From an uncultured cyanobacterium (lineage in GTDB: Bacteria > Cyanobacteriota > Cyanobacteriia > Phormidesmidales > Phormidesmidaceae), in assembly GCA_963793265.1 (NCBI GenBank), contig CAWBZI010000002.1, forward strand, positions 288,001-352,000: a stretch of DNA of 64,000 bases, written 5' to 3'. Position 1 is the first letter of the stretch. The number at the start of each line of letters is the position of its first letter. A model generated the notes under the pieces. The model searched no databases, was not told where the DNA came from, and saw only the letters and a list, made by a program, of their open reading frames with translations. This document shows positions 41,005 to 51,003 of the stretch, piece by piece. Both the position numbers and the translations under genes were made by a program.

Positions 41005-41637
41005 ATGGTTGCTACCTTGAATCGCGCTGATTGTGTTGTGTTACACGGAATTTCATGGGAGCAGTTTGAGCGGCTGCTAGAGGATTTGGGCGATCGCCCT
41101 GCCGCACGCCTTACCTACGATAATGGAACCCTAGAGATAATGGCTCCACTGCCAGAGCACGAGCATTTCAAAGAAGTCATCGGTGATGCGGTGAAAGATA
41201 TCGCGGATGAGCTAGACGTAGACTATGAAAGTTACGGCTCTACAACTTGGCGCAAGCGAGCGGCGATGGCGGGTCTTGAGCCTGACAACTGCTTTTACTT
41301 TCAAAACGAAAAGGCTGTCAGAGGGCGAATAGACCTCGACCTGAGTCAGGGCGATCCACCCCCTGATCTTGCTTTAGAGATTGACGTTACCAGCAAATCT
41401 CTCAACCGCTTTCCTCTCTATGCCCGTTTGCAAGTGCCTGAAATTTGGTGCTACGACAGCGGCACACTGAAGGTATATCACCTTCAGCAAAACGCCTACA
41501 TAGAAGCAACAACAAGCTTAGCCTTACCCCAACTTCCTATTCAAGAACTGCCCCAGATTATTGAAGCCAACCGGAATGCAGGAAGACGAACTATTCGAAG
41601 AGCAGTACGAGAATGGGTCAGAACACGAGTTGACTAG
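41005..41637 (+). CDS. Uma2 family endonuclease-like protein
   Basis: LHGISWEQF, RLTYDNGTLEIM, EPDNCFY, PPDLALEIDVTS, VPEIW. Confidence 0.93.
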   Translation: MVATLNRADCVVLHGISWEQFERLLEDLGDRPAARLTYDNGTLEIMAPLPEHEHFKEVIGDAVKDIADELDVDYESYGSTTWRKRAAMAGLEPDNCFYFQNEKAVRGRIDLDLSQGDPPPDLALEIDVTSKSLNRFPLYARLQVPEIWCYDSGTLKVYHLQQNAYIEATTSLALPQLPIQELPQIIEANRNAGRRTIRRAVREWVRTRVD

Positions 41638-41706
41638 CCGTTTAGAGCCTTTCAACTTCGTGAGTTTTTCCCTTAAAGGTGGAAGAAAACCCACAAAAAT
41701 ATGCTG

Positions 41707-42678
41707 CTAGATCGCCATGATCACAGACTCATCATAAACGCGACTGTTTTTATCGATGGCCTTGACCATTAACCGATCGAGATAAACGTCTAGCGTCGTA
41801 AAGCCTAGCCGAGACTCAGCACGTGCTGACCAGTCTTCACGACGACCGATTCTTCGTAGTTTAGCTCCGTTCCCAATGGTGATGTAGGTGACGCCTTTAA
41901 TAGATTCTGTTCTCTCATAGTTGTGATCGTGGCCGTTGAGATAAAGCTGTACGCCATAGTCTTCGAGAATAGGAGAAAGATCTTTCGCAAGATTTGGATC
42001 AGAGCCGTGATGCCCGGACGAGTATATAGGATGATGCGCGAATACGACTTTTAGAGGAGCTATGGACTCTTCTAGCTCATGACGCAGCCATTGCAGTTGC
42101 TCGTTCCATAGGGGTTCTCTGCGGCTGTCTCTCAGATAAAACTGATTGGTGTCTAAAGCAAAGAACTGAACGGGCTGCTGGGTGAAGGTGTAGTACCTTG
42201 CAGGCATGTTGTAGCCAGGGTAGGCAATTTCATCTTCTCCCTCTTTTGTCAGAAAGTCGTGATTGCCTAAAGATGCGTAAAACTTAACCCCGTGGCGTAG
42301 CAAATCGGCATATGGCTTTTCAAATGCCTCGCTAACCTTTTCTATTTCGCCCTTTTCGTAGATGTTATCGCCTGTCATTAGCACTGTTGAAAAAGGAGAA
42401 GATTCCCAGTGCCGCAACATGGCTTTGGCGACATCGTATTGCTTTTGGCTGCCTGTGCCTACGTCGCCTATCGCTACAAACTGGAATAGCGGGGTGTCTT
42501 CGGGAGGTGCGATCGCCTCTAATCCAATATCTAAGATAGCTTCAGAACGCTTGCTTACTGCGAAGCGGCCACGTTGACCCGCTACGGCAGCAAAGCCACC
42601 TAGCCCATACAAAATCAGTTTTCGCCGTTTCAAAAAAATGACCTCAACGCAGTTTAAGCTGTCTGTCATAGCAGACAT
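41707..42678 (-). CDS. Purple acid phosphatase-like metallophosphoesterase
   Basis: GDVG, GDNIY, LGNHD, HHPIYSSG, NGHDHNYER; RR-containing N-terminus; start uncertain. Confidence 0.88.
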   Translation of the reverse strand: MSAMTDSLNCVEVIFLKRRKLILYGLGGFAAVAGQRGRFAVSKRSEAILDIGLEAIAPPEDTPLFQFVAIGDVGTGSQKQYDVAKAMLRHWESSPFSTVLMTGDNIYEKGEIEKVSEAFEKPYADLLRHGVKFYASLGNHDFLTKEGEDEIAYPGYNMPARYYTFTQQPVQFFALDTNQFYLRDSRREPLWNEQLQWLRHELEESIAPLKVVFAHHPIYSSGHHGSDPNLAKDLSPILEDYGVQLYLNGHDHNYERTESIKGVTYITIGNGAKLRRIGRREDWSARAESRLGFTTLDVYLDRLMVKAIDKNSRVYDESVIMAI

Positions 42679-42740
42679 CCCAATCAGTGTAGGACGAGAA
42701 GATTAAAAATCAGCTCGAAACGGCTAAAGATTGAATTATT

Positions 42741-44246
42741 CTAGCTTCCGCTTCGATAGCTGCGGGTTAGCTCGCCTAAGCGATCGCTCACACTTTCAGT
42801 CAGCATATCCGAACTCTGATACCGCCAGCGCCAGTTCCCAGGAATTTTACTCGGGTCATTCATCCTCGCCTCGTGGCCTAGCCCCAGCAGATCTTGCAAA
42901 GGCACAATCGCGAGATCTGCCTTAGACTTCAGAGCGGTATCAATTAGCACCCAGTTAATCTCTTCTATCTGCTCGGGACTGTCATACCCAAGATATTGCG
43001 CTAAGAACTGCTTCTCTCCACCGTCCAAAGTTTCCCACCAGCCAATCGCCGTATCGTTGTCGTGAGTGCCTGAATATACAATGCAGTTCGTGGGGTAGTT
43101 GTGAGGCAGGTGCGTGTTGTTCGGATCGCCGTTGAAGGCAAACATGAGAATTTTCATGCCGGGGAACTCGAAGCGATCGCGCAGCGCCTCAACCTCAGGC
43201 GTAATAATCCCCAAATCCTCTGCCAGCACTGGCAAATCGCCCAGCTTCTCTGCCAGCGTCTCAAAGAACGCATCGCCAGGAGCTTTTACCCATTCACCAT
43301 TCATCGCGGTTTCTTCACTCGCAGGCACCTGCCAGTAAGCTTCAAACCCTCTAAAGTGGTCTACTCTCACCCAGTCCACATACTGCAATGTCGCCTTAAA
43401 GCGAGAAATCCACCATTCAAAGCCTGATTCTTGGCACTTATCCCAGTCGTAGACAGGATTACCCCATAGCTGCCCCGTTTCACTGAAATAGTCAGGCGGT
43501 ACGCCCGCAATATAGGCTGACTCTAGCGTCTCTGGATTCAGCTTAAAGAGCTGAGGATGCGCCCACACATCTGAGCTGTTGTGGCACACATAAATAGACA
43601 CGTCACCAATAATTTGAATGCCTTTACCGTTGGCGTACTCACGCAGCGCCATCCACTGCTGAAAGAATTTAAATTGCACAAACCGCTGAAAGGCCACGCT
43701 GTCTTTCAATTCCTCAGCCTTGGCGCGCATTGCCGCTGGCTCGCGACGGGCAATGCTGGCCTCCCACTGGCTCCAAGGCTTACCGTCATTTGCCTCCAGC
43801 AGCGCCATAAAGAGTACAAAATCTTCTAGCCACCAGCCTTGCTCCTCAGAGAACTTGTCCAGATCAGCATTAGCTCCTTTTGCTTTAAAGCGCTCAAACG
43901 CCTGCCGTAGCATCTTCGTTTTGTGTGGAATCACGCGGCTAAACTCAACCCGATCCGGCTTAGCGTTCTCTAGTGGTGAAACCTCATCAGCTTTAAGCAA
44001 GCCTTCTTCCACCAGCTTTTCTAAGCTCACCATCAGCGGATTGCCTGCAAAGGCGCTGAAGTTCATGGTGTAGGGAGAGTGGTCGTAGCCGGTAGGGCCT
44101 AAGGGTAAAACCTGCCACAGCGTTTGGCCGCTGCGCGTCATAAAATCAATAAATTCGTAGGCTGAGCGGCCTAAATCACCAATGCCGTGAGGGCTTGGGA
44201 GGCTAGTGGGCTGCAAAAGAATACCGCTGGCGCGCTCAAATTTCAT
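42741..44246 (-). CDS. malQ: 4-alpha-glucanotransferase (amylomaltase, GH77)
   Basis: RASGILLQPTSLP, GQLWGNP, RVDHFRGF, AEDLG, GTHDNDT. Confidence 0.96.
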   Translation of the reverse strand: MKFERASGILLQPTSLPSPHGIGDLGRSAYEFIDFMTRSGQTLWQVLPLGPTGYDHSPYTMNFSAFAGNPLMVSLEKLVEEGLLKADEVSPLENAKPDRVEFSRVIPHKTKMLRQAFERFKAKGANADLDKFSEEQGWWLEDFVLFMALLEANDGKPWSQWEASIARREPAAMRAKAEELKDSVAFQRFVQFKFFQQWMALREYANGKGIQIIGDVSIYVCHNSSDVWAHPQLFKLNPETLESAYIAGVPPDYFSETGQLWGNPVYDWDKCQESGFEWWISRFKATLQYVDWVRVDHFRGFEAYWQVPASEETAMNGEWVKAPGDAFFETLAEKLGDLPVLAEDLGIITPEVEALRDRFEFPGMKILMFAFNGDPNNTHLPHNYPTNCIVYSGTHDNDTAIGWWETLDGGEKQFLAQYLGYDSPEQIEEINWVLIDTALKSKADLAIVPLQDLLGLGHEARMNDPSKIPGNWRWRYQSSDMLTESVSDRLGELTRSYRSGS

Positions 44247-44421
44247 AGTTTAATGACTAATAGGTAGAACTTGTTTGTAAGGCGATGTAGCTTCGTGCGA
44301 AACTATCACGTCAGCGATCCTATCGGAAGGACGATCCCATAAAATCTATCTTCCGCTAGAAGAAAGCGCCGATCACTTGCCCTACCTTGGCAAAATTGCG
44401 TCCTCTCCTTCCCTAATTTAC

Positions 44422-47400
44422 ATGGTCTTAGACAACAACCCGCTCTGGTTCAAAAATGCCGTCATTTACGAAGTGCCAGTAAAGGCGTTTGCCGATAGTA
44501 ACGGTGATGGTATTGGCGACTTTCGCGGGCTGACTGAAAAGCTAGACTATCTAAAAGAGCTAGGCGTAACAGCCCTGTGGATTCTGCCGTTTTTCCCTTC
44601 GCCACTGCGGGACGATGGCTACGACATTTCCGACTATATGTCGGTTAATCCAATTTACGGTACGCTTGACGACTTCAAAGAGTTTATGGCGGCAGCTCAC
44701 GAGCGTGATTTACGCGTGATTATTGAGCTAATTGTCAACCACACTTCCGACCAGCACCCCTGGTTCAAAAGGGCGCGCCTGGCCCCAGCCGGTAGCTCTG
44801 AGCGTGACTTTTACGTGTGGAGCGATTCGACTGAAAAGTACAAGGGCACGCGGATTATCTTCCAGGACTTTGAAACCTCTAACTGGACATGGGATCCGGT
44901 GGCAAAGTCTTACTACTGGCATCGCTTTTACGGCCACCAGCCCGATTTAAACTACGACAACCCTGCCGTACAGCAGGCGGTGTTTGACGTACTCGACTTT
45001 TGGCTAGAGATGGGGGTAGACGGGCTGCGGATGGACGCGGTGCCCTACCTGTATGAGCGGGAGAATACAAACTGCGAGAATTTGGACGAAACGCATGACT
45101 TCTTGAAGAAGATGCGGAAGTATGTGGACGATCGGCATGAGGGGCGGATGCTACTCGCGGAGGCGAACCAGTGGCCTGAAGATGCGGCGGCTTACTATGG
45201 CGATGGCGATGAGTGCCATATGAACTTCCACTTTCCGCTGATGCCGCGTTTGTTTATGTCGCTGCGGATGGAAGACAACTTTCCAATTATCGATATCCTG
45301 CAACAGACGCCCGAGATTCCTGAGAACTGTCAGTGGGGCCTATTTTTACGGAACCACGACGAGCTGACGCTGGAAATGGTGACCGATGAAGACCGGGACT
45401 ATATGTACCGCATGTACGCACAAGATGACGAGATGCGGATTAATTTGGGAATTCGGCGGCGGCTGGTGCCTTTGCTAGAGAATGACCGTCGGCAGATTGA
45501 GCTATTGAACGGGCTGTTGCTGTCGCTGCCGGGTACGCCTGTGCTGTATTACGGCGATGAGATTGGCATGGGCGATAACGTGTATTTGGGCGATCGCGAT
45601 GGTGTTCGCACCCCGATGCAGTGGAGCCCTGATCGCAACGCAGGCTTTAGCCCGGCTAACCCGCACAAGCTGTTTCTACCGCTGATTGTAGATTCGGAGT
45701 ACCACTACACGACCATTAACGTAGAAGCGCAGCGGGCAGCGCCTAACTCGCTGCTCAACTGGACAAAGCGACTGCTAACCACGCGCAAGCGCTATCAGGC
45801 GTTCGGCTGGGGAGACTTTCATCTGGTTAGCGTAGATAACCGTAAGGTAATTGCCTATACGCGCACTTACAAAGCAGAAGGGAAAGAAGATGAAGAGATT
45901 TTGGTGGTGGCTAATCTCTCTCGGTTTGTGCAGGGCGTACATCTAGATTTGTCTTTGTTTAAGGGGCGATCGCTCATAGAAATCTTTGGCCGCACAGAGT
46001 TCCCGCCAGTGGATGATGAGGGCAGCTATTTTATTAGCTTGGGGCCTTATTCTTTTTATTGGTTCGCGCTTAAGCCCGCTGCGGTACCTGCGTTAGAACC
46101 GACTAAAGTACCGACTTTCAACCTCACGCAATGGGAGGCGATGTTCTCTACTTCGCAAAGAGAGAGCCTGACCAAGCTGACGACCAGCTATTTGATTGAG
46201 CGAGACTGGCTAGGCAGTGAGCCTGAGAAAGTGCGCTCATCTGAGCTGATTGAGTGTATGGCTATTCCTGATAGCGATACGTATATGGTGTTCTTGCGGG
46301 TTGACTACAAGCAGGGCGATCCGGCGACCTATCCTCTGTTTATTAGCTGCGCTTTTGGCGAGGCGGCTGAGCATTTGCTGAGTGAGTCTTCGCCAATGGT
46401 CATGGCTCAGCTAAAGGCTCCCCAAAAGAGTGGCCAGAAAGATGACCAGAAGGATGCCGGAAGTGAATCAAGCTTGGTAGGTGTGCTTTATGACGCGATC
46501 GCCGATGAAGACTTTTTGACGACGCTATTAGAAACAACGGGTCGCAGTGGAACCTATGAAGGGGCCGCAGGTAAGCTCGTGACGCGCGCGCTGCTGTTGG
46601 ATAAAGCCGGTAAGCTGCCGACAGACGTGGAGCCGCTGATCGGCGAATACAACAACAGCTCGGTCATTTACTCTGGAGATGAGGCAGACAATAGCCCCGA
46701 TCTTATTCTTAAGTTCTTCCGCCGGTTGGAGTCAGGCGTTAACGCTGATATCGAAATCCGTCAGTTCTTAAGTAAGCATCAAACGTTTAGCAACTTTAGT
46801 CAGGTCGCAGGCTATTTGAGCTATCAGGGCAAGCGATCGCGCACTGATTCTGCGACGGTTGGCGTTTTGCAAGAGTATCTGCCGGATGCTCAAAGCACCT
46901 GGGACTATTCTCTCGATAAAATCCGCAGCTACTTCGATCAGGTGGTGGTGGAGCTAGCCGAAGATGATAAAGAGCCGCCTGAGTTAGCGCCATTGCTAGC
47001 TTTGCAGGCTGTCTATGCTGAAGACAGTGAGGCTAAGCATCTTGCGAATCATTTGATGGGGCCGTATTTGGCGAATATGCAGCTTTTGGGTCAAACGACG
47101 GCTGAGTTCCATATTGCGATCGCAGCCGATCCAACCGATAGTGCGTTTGCCCCAGAGCCTTTCAGCGGCTTTTATCAGCGATCGCTCTATCAGCAAAACC
47201 GCAACCAAACCGGCCAGGTATTTCGCCTGCTCAAAGATGATTTGAGTAAGCACGAAGGCTTGCTGAGTCCAGACGAGTATCCTTTGGCGCGATCGCTCAT
47301 GGACTACCAGGACGTTTACCTCGATAGGTTTAAGCAAATCTTAGACTACCAAATCACCGCCCTGCGCACGCGCTATCACGGTGACTATCACTTAGGCCAG

Positions 47401-47838
47401 GTGCTCTATACCGGCAAAGACTTTGTGCTAATTGACTTTGAAGGTGAGACAAATCGGACGGTGAGTGAAAGGAGAATTAAGCGATCGCCCCTGTGTGATG
47501 TGGCCTACATGCTGCAATCGATTCACTATGCAGCCGTCACCGGCTTTGAAAACGAAGTTGAAAGCGGCATTATTCGGCCCGAGCAAACCGAGATTATGCA
47601 GCGCTGGGCAGACTTTTGGGAGCAGTGGGTTAGCGCGGCTTTTCTCTCTGCTTATCTAAAAACTGCAAGTACTGCTGACTTTTTGCCGAAAACAGAGCAA
47701 GAGCTGCAAATCTTGTTGAACAACTACCTGCTATCAACGGCTATTCATGACTTAGGCTACAAGCTTGCTCACCGTGCGCCGCAGATAAGCGTACCGATGC
47801 AGCGTTTGATCAAAGCCGTTGACGAACAGCTAGCGTAG
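44422..47838 (+). CDS. treS: Trehalose synthase TreS fused to a maltokinase-like domain
   Basis: GH13 motifs SPLRDDGYD, NHTSDQHPWF, RMDAVPY, FLRNHDELTLE; C-terminal kinase-like EYNNSSV, HGDYHLGQVL, IDFEGE. Confidence 0.95.
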   Translation: MVLDNNPLWFKNAVIYEVPVKAFADSNGDGIGDFRGLTEKLDYLKELGVTALWILPFFPSPLRDDGYDISDYMSVNPIYGTLDDFKEFMAAAHERDLRVIIELIVNHTSDQHPWFKRARLAPAGSSERDFYVWSDSTEKYKGTRIIFQDFETSNWTWDPVAKSYYWHRFYGHQPDLNYDNPAVQQAVFDVLDFWLEMGVDGLRMDAVPYLYERENTNCENLDETHDFLKKMRKYVDDRHEGRMLLAEANQWPEDAAAYYGDGDECHMNFHFPLMPRLFMSLRMEDNFPIIDILQQTPEIPENCQWGLFLRNHDELTLEMVTDEDRDYMYRMYAQDDEMRINLGIRRRLVPLLENDRRQIELLNGLLLSLPGTPVLYYGDEIGMGDNVYLGDRDGVRTPMQWSPDRNAGFSPANPHKLFLPLIVDSEYHYTTINVEAQRAAPNSLLNWTKRLLTTRKRYQAFGWGDFHLVSVDNRKVIAYTRTYKAEGKEDEEILVVANLSRFVQGVHLDLSLFKGRSLIEIFGRTEFPPVDDEGSYFISLGPYSFYWFALKPAAVPALEPTKVPTFNLTQWEAMFSTSQRESLTKLTTSYLIERDWLGSEPEKVRSSELIECMAIPDSDTYMVFLRVDYKQGDPATYPLFISCAFGEAAEHLLSESSPMVMAQLKAPQKSGQKDDQKDAGSESSLVGVLYDAIADEDFLTTLLETTGRSGTYEGAAGKLVTRALLLDKAGKLPTDVEPLIGEYNNSSVIYSGDEADNSPDLILKFFRRLESGVNADIEIRQFLSKHQTFSNFSQVAGYLSYQGKRSRTDSATVGVLQEYLPDAQSTWDYSLDKIRSYFDQVVVELAEDDKEPPELAPLLALQAVYAEDSEAKHLANHLMGPYLANMQLLGQTTAEFHIAIAADPTDSAFAPEPFSGFYQRSLYQQNRNQTGQVFRLLKDDLSKHEGLLSPDEYPLARSLMDYQDVYLDRFKQILDYQITALRTRYHGDYHLGQVLYTGKDFVLIDFEGETNRTVSERRIKRSPLCDVAYMLQSIHYAAVTGFENEVESGIIRPEQTEIMQRWADFWEQWVSAAFLSAYLKTASTADFLPKTEQELQILLNNYLLSTAIHDLGYKLAHRAPQISVPMQRLIKAVDEQLA

Positions 47839-47863
47839 GCCGCTCACGGGCTTATTTATAGGT

Positions 47864-47901
47864 CTTTTCAGTGGGCCTCTTCACAAAGGCCCACTGAAAA
47901 G
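47864..47901. terminator. Stem-loop downstream of treS
   Basis: Perfect 15-bp inverted repeat CTTTTCAGTGGGCCT / AGGCCCACTGAAAAG with an 8-nt loop. Confidence 0.7.
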
Positions 47902-48001
47902 TTCACTTTAGAGAGGAAAGAGCCCTCCTTTTTGCATACTCAAGATAGAGAGAAATAAGGTAGTATCCTTAACTGTAAGCGAAACATTTTTATACCTGCA
48001 C

Positions 48002-48595
48002 ATGTCAACTACTGTATTGCCTCAACTGCGTGAAATAGAGGCCGACCTATCTGCCCAGGAAGAAGCCCTCTCTACTCAGCTAGAAGAACTGCGTGAAAAG
48101 CTCAACGGCCTACGCGCAGTGCTGCCGATGTTTGATGGAACAACAGGTGAGATAACGGCTCCTGCGAAATCGGTCGTCTCGGAAGAAACAGACGATTCAG
48201 ATGAAGAAGAGACGGAAGAATCTATTGAGACGGAAGAGTCTATCGAGACGGCGGCCTTAGAAGAACCAGAAGAAGAGCCTGAAAGCAAACCTGCAAAGGC
48301 TAAACGGAAGTCAACTTCTTCTAAAAAGAAAGATGGCAGAACGGCCTCATGGCAAAAGTACACTCGACCGGGCGTACGGAACGAGTCGATTCCTGATGCA
48401 GTAAAGCTGATCTTAGAGACGCAGCCTGATAAGGAGTTCAAAATTGCCGAGGTGATGGAGGCGCTGTTCTTAGAAGACATGCCCAAATCACAATATTTAA
48501 AGGCACGCAACCGCATCTCGAACGTACTCTCGGGTGGCGTTCGCGCAGGCGACTGGTATCGCGGTGGGCGGAGTACCTACAAACTGACTAAATAG
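48002..48595 (+). CDS. Hypothetical protein (coiled coil, acidic linker, basic C-terminal domain)
   Basis: Clean 197-aa ORF with an in-frame 18-bp repeat encoding TEESIE twice. Confidence 0.75.
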   Translation: MSTTVLPQLREIEADLSAQEEALSTQLEELREKLNGLRAVLPMFDGTTGEITAPAKSVVSEETDDSDEEETEESIETEESIETAALEEPEEEPESKPAKAKRKSTSSKKKDGRTASWQKYTRPGVRNESIPDAVKLILETQPDKEFKIAEVMEALFLEDMPKSQYLKARNRISNVLSGGVRAGDWYRGGRSTYKLTK

Positions 48596-48624
48596 CCAGT
48601 TTGCTTTGACGGCAGAGGCTTAGT

Positions 48625-49098
48625 CTATTCGACAGTGATGCTGATTTTTTCAGAGAGCACTGGCTTATCGTGAGGCACGTGGGTGTAGTTACCTAGCAGT
48701 AGCTGCAACGTATGCTCGCCGGGTGGCAGGCTGATGTTGGCTTCAGTTTGGCCGCCGCCAAAGTGTCTGATTTTGGTGGTGGCTGCTAGGGGCTCGGTGA
48801 GCACTGGCAGCTCATCTACATCAATCAGCAGGTGATGGTGGCCAGTGCCGACTTTATCAAAGCCCGCAGGCGCAACGCCCATACCTGATAAGCCAAATTT
48901 GACCGTAAAGTCTTCGGGAACCGTCGCGCCATCTTTGGGCGAAATGATGTAGGTTCGCGCACCTTCAGCAGCAGGCGAAAGCGTTACGGCGAGTGCGGGC
49001 GAGACAGCTACGAATAAAGTAAATATCAGGGCGAAAAGCAGGCGGGCTATGGGCTTTAGCCTGCTAAGCGTAATGGATGTCATAAATAGATAGTCCAA
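48625..49098 (-). CDS. DUF4399-like exported protein
   Basis: Signal peptide; IISPKDGATV, TGHHHLLID, HFGGGQTE, LPPGEHTLQL. Confidence 0.85.
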   Translation of the reverse strand: MDYLFMTSITLSRLKPIARLLFALIFTLFVAVSPALAVTLSPAAEGARTYIISPKDGATVPEDFTVKFGLSGMGVAPAGFDKVGTGHHHLLIDVDELPVLTEPLAATTKIRHFGGGQTEANISLPPGEHTLQLLLGNYTHVPHDKPVLSEKISITVE

Positions 49099-49126
49099 AA
49101 AGACACGGCGTCTATCTATCTTAGAG

Positions 49127-49168
49127 AAAAACTGCGCACTAAAAACTGCGCACTAAAAACCGCGCACT
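49127..49168. repeat. 14-bp tandem repeat, 3 copies
   Basis: AAAAACTGCGCACT AAAAACTGCGCACT AAAAACCGCGCACT. Confidence 0.85.
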
Positions 49169-49691
49169 ATTGACTGACGGTTGCTCTGGTGTCCGAATCT
49201 CTGAGGTAGTACAGCGCAAAGCAGGCCGCCAGCATGGGCCAAGAGGCATAGAACAATATATTAGCGCTCTCAAATGGGGCGAGATATTTAGGGAACGAAA
49301 CCAGGGTAGAAGCGGTGTGCATTAAGAGTACGATGCCGTAAGTGATCTTTTTTTGGTAGCCCACCAAAAAGCTCAGCATGATGACGAGCTGCACGGCCCC
49401 TAGTAGATAGGAAACTGCGCTACCAATGCCGCCGATGCCGTAGAAAGCTTGAAACACGGCTGCTGTGTGTTCGGGCCTAGTAAATTTATCGATCACCCAG
49501 ATAATCATGGCGATGAAGATACTAATGCGGGTGAGTAAGAGCACCAACGACACCCTTTGCGCCAGCGGGCTATGGGTCAGCTCGCTGGTATTTACGTTGG
49601 CTTGTTCGTAGATTTGGCTCATATTGCTCTTGGGGATAGCGTTTTTAGCTGTTTCGGATAGGTATGCCTTTATTTTCTCGCGATGGTTCAT
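49167..49691 (-). CDS. DoxX-like small membrane protein
   Basis: About four TM segments; WVIDKF...PEH; family call tentative. Confidence 0.6.
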   Translation of the reverse strand: MNHREKIKAYLSETAKNAIPKSNMSQIYEQANVNTSELTHSPLAQRVSLVLLLTRISIFIAMIIWVIDKFTRPEHTAAVFQAFYGIGGIGSAVSYLLGAVQLVIMLSFLVGYQKKITYGIVLLMHTASTLVSFPKYLAPFESANILFYASWPMLAACFALYYLRDSDTRATVSQ

Positions 49692-49725
49692 ACTCGAATG
49701 AGAAATTGCTTAGAGTTTAAGGCTC

Positions 49726-50256
49726 ATGTTTCACGATTTGCTGGCCACTCAAAATAGAGCCCTTGTCCTTCAGTTTTATAAATCTTTCGATCGCCGCTGT
49801 CTGCCTGAGGGGTTAAGGCTGCTCTCTCCTCAGCTCGTTGCGCATATGGCAGGTATAGACAGGCCGATGAGCAAGGCTGAATTTAGCGCGATGGGCACTG
49901 ACGTTTATAATGCTTTTCCCGATGGCAGGCATACGTTTACGCAGGTCGTGGCCCATCGCAATATGGTCACCACCTGCGGCTTTTTTACGGGCACTCACTT
50001 GGATACGTTTCAAGGCATTCCGGCGACGGGGAAGACGGTTCGTTTTGCGGTAATGCATATCGACCGGGTGAGCCACAGTCAAATTGTTGAGCACTGGGGA
50101 CAGGGCGATAGTTTGGGGCTGGTGCAACAGCTCGGGGTGAGGCTGGTGCCTGGGCCTCGCGTTTTGTTTAAGCTAGGGATTAAGGCGAGCGGACAGCTCA
50201 GAAAGGGCGTTTTTGAACGACTGACGGCGATCGCAAGGCCAGACTATCCCACTTAG
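49726..50256 (+). CDS. SnoaL-like ester cyclase family protein
   Basis: AFPD, FTGTH...FQGIPATGKTV, IVEHW...DSLGLVQQLG. Confidence 0.88.
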   Translation: MFHDLLATQNRALVLQFYKSFDRRCLPEGLRLLSPQLVAHMAGIDRPMSKAEFSAMGTDVYNAFPDGRHTFTQVVAHRNMVTTCGFFTGTHLDTFQGIPATGKTVRFAVMHIDRVSHSQIVEHWGQGDSLGLVQQLGVRLVPGPRVLFKLGIKASGQLRKGVFERLTAIARPDYPT

Positions 50257-50383
50257 GTGCGGTAATCTTTGGCGATTATCTTTCTGAAGATGGAGGAGAC
50301 TCATTGAAGATCGCGGAATGATGGTGAGAGTACATAGAGTTTTGAAACTTTAAGAAACTCTCGATTGGAGATAATCACAAATA

Positions 50384-50938
50384 ATGGCTGATACAACAAA
50401 TATCGCTACAAAGCTAGGCGATCTGAAGCTTTTTCAAAATGTGTTGCTGAAAAGCGAGAAAAAGCTGCTAACCGAAACGAACGATGAAACGATTCGTGAG
50501 CGCCTAGAAAAAATCATCAACCAGGACGCTGAAAACCTGGGCACCATTGAGCAGGCGATCGCTAAGCTCGGCGGCAGCGTAGAGCCCCGCGACATCACTC
50601 AAAAGCACGCTGAGAAAGTGGGCGAAATGATGGAAGGCTCTGAGCTAACATCTTACGACAAGTTCTTTCAGCTAGAGCTACTAAAGCACCAGCAAACGAT
50701 GACGGGTCTGGTACTTCACAAAGCAGCGCAGTCTTTAGATGACGATCTTCAAGATGCGATGGAGCCTTTAAACAAGGTCAACTTTGAGAACCGGGCGCAT
50801 CAGGAAGTGCTTAAGGGCGTGCTTTACTTTGTCGGTACTCGTGAGCTGGCTGGCAAAGAGCCTGACATGGGCCTATGGGCTAGCGTAGAGCAGGGAATTG
50901 CAGCGCTCAAGGGTGCTGTGGGTAGTGCGGCTAGCTAG
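50384..50938 (+). CDS. Ferritin/hemerythrin-like helical protein
   Basis: RBS GGAG; helical sequence with ELLKHQQ and NFENRAHQE His/Glu motifs. Confidence 0.7.
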   Translation: MADTTNIATKLGDLKLFQNVLLKSEKKLLTETNDETIRERLEKIINQDAENLGTIEQAIAKLGGSVEPRDITQKHAEKVGEMMEGSELTSYDKFFQLELLKHQQTMTGLVLHKAAQSLDDDLQDAMEPLNKVNFENRAHQEVLKGVLYFVGTRELAGKEPDMGLWASVEQGIAALKGAVGSAAS

Positions 50939-50944
50939 TTGTTG

Positions 50945-50974
50945 AAAAAGGGGTCGTACAGCCGTACGACCCCT
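50945..50974 (-). terminator. Intrinsic terminator between convergent genes, U-tract on the leuA strand
   Basis: AAAAA-GGGGTCGTAC-agcc-GTACGACCCC. Confidence 0.75.
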
Positions 50975-51003
50975 ACTGTATTCTCACGCCTATTTTTGAT
51001 CGT

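Noticed and set aside
44422..47838. TreS-maltokinase fusion as a novelty
   Set aside because: This fusion is well known in many bacteria.
48076..48516. 146-aa Ser-rich minus-strand ORF
   Set aside because: Antisense shadow of the Glu-rich gene at 48002-48595.
49127..49168. Short repeats considered as a CRISPR array (also 23319-23359)
   Set aside because: Contiguous 14-bp units with no spacers and no cas genes.
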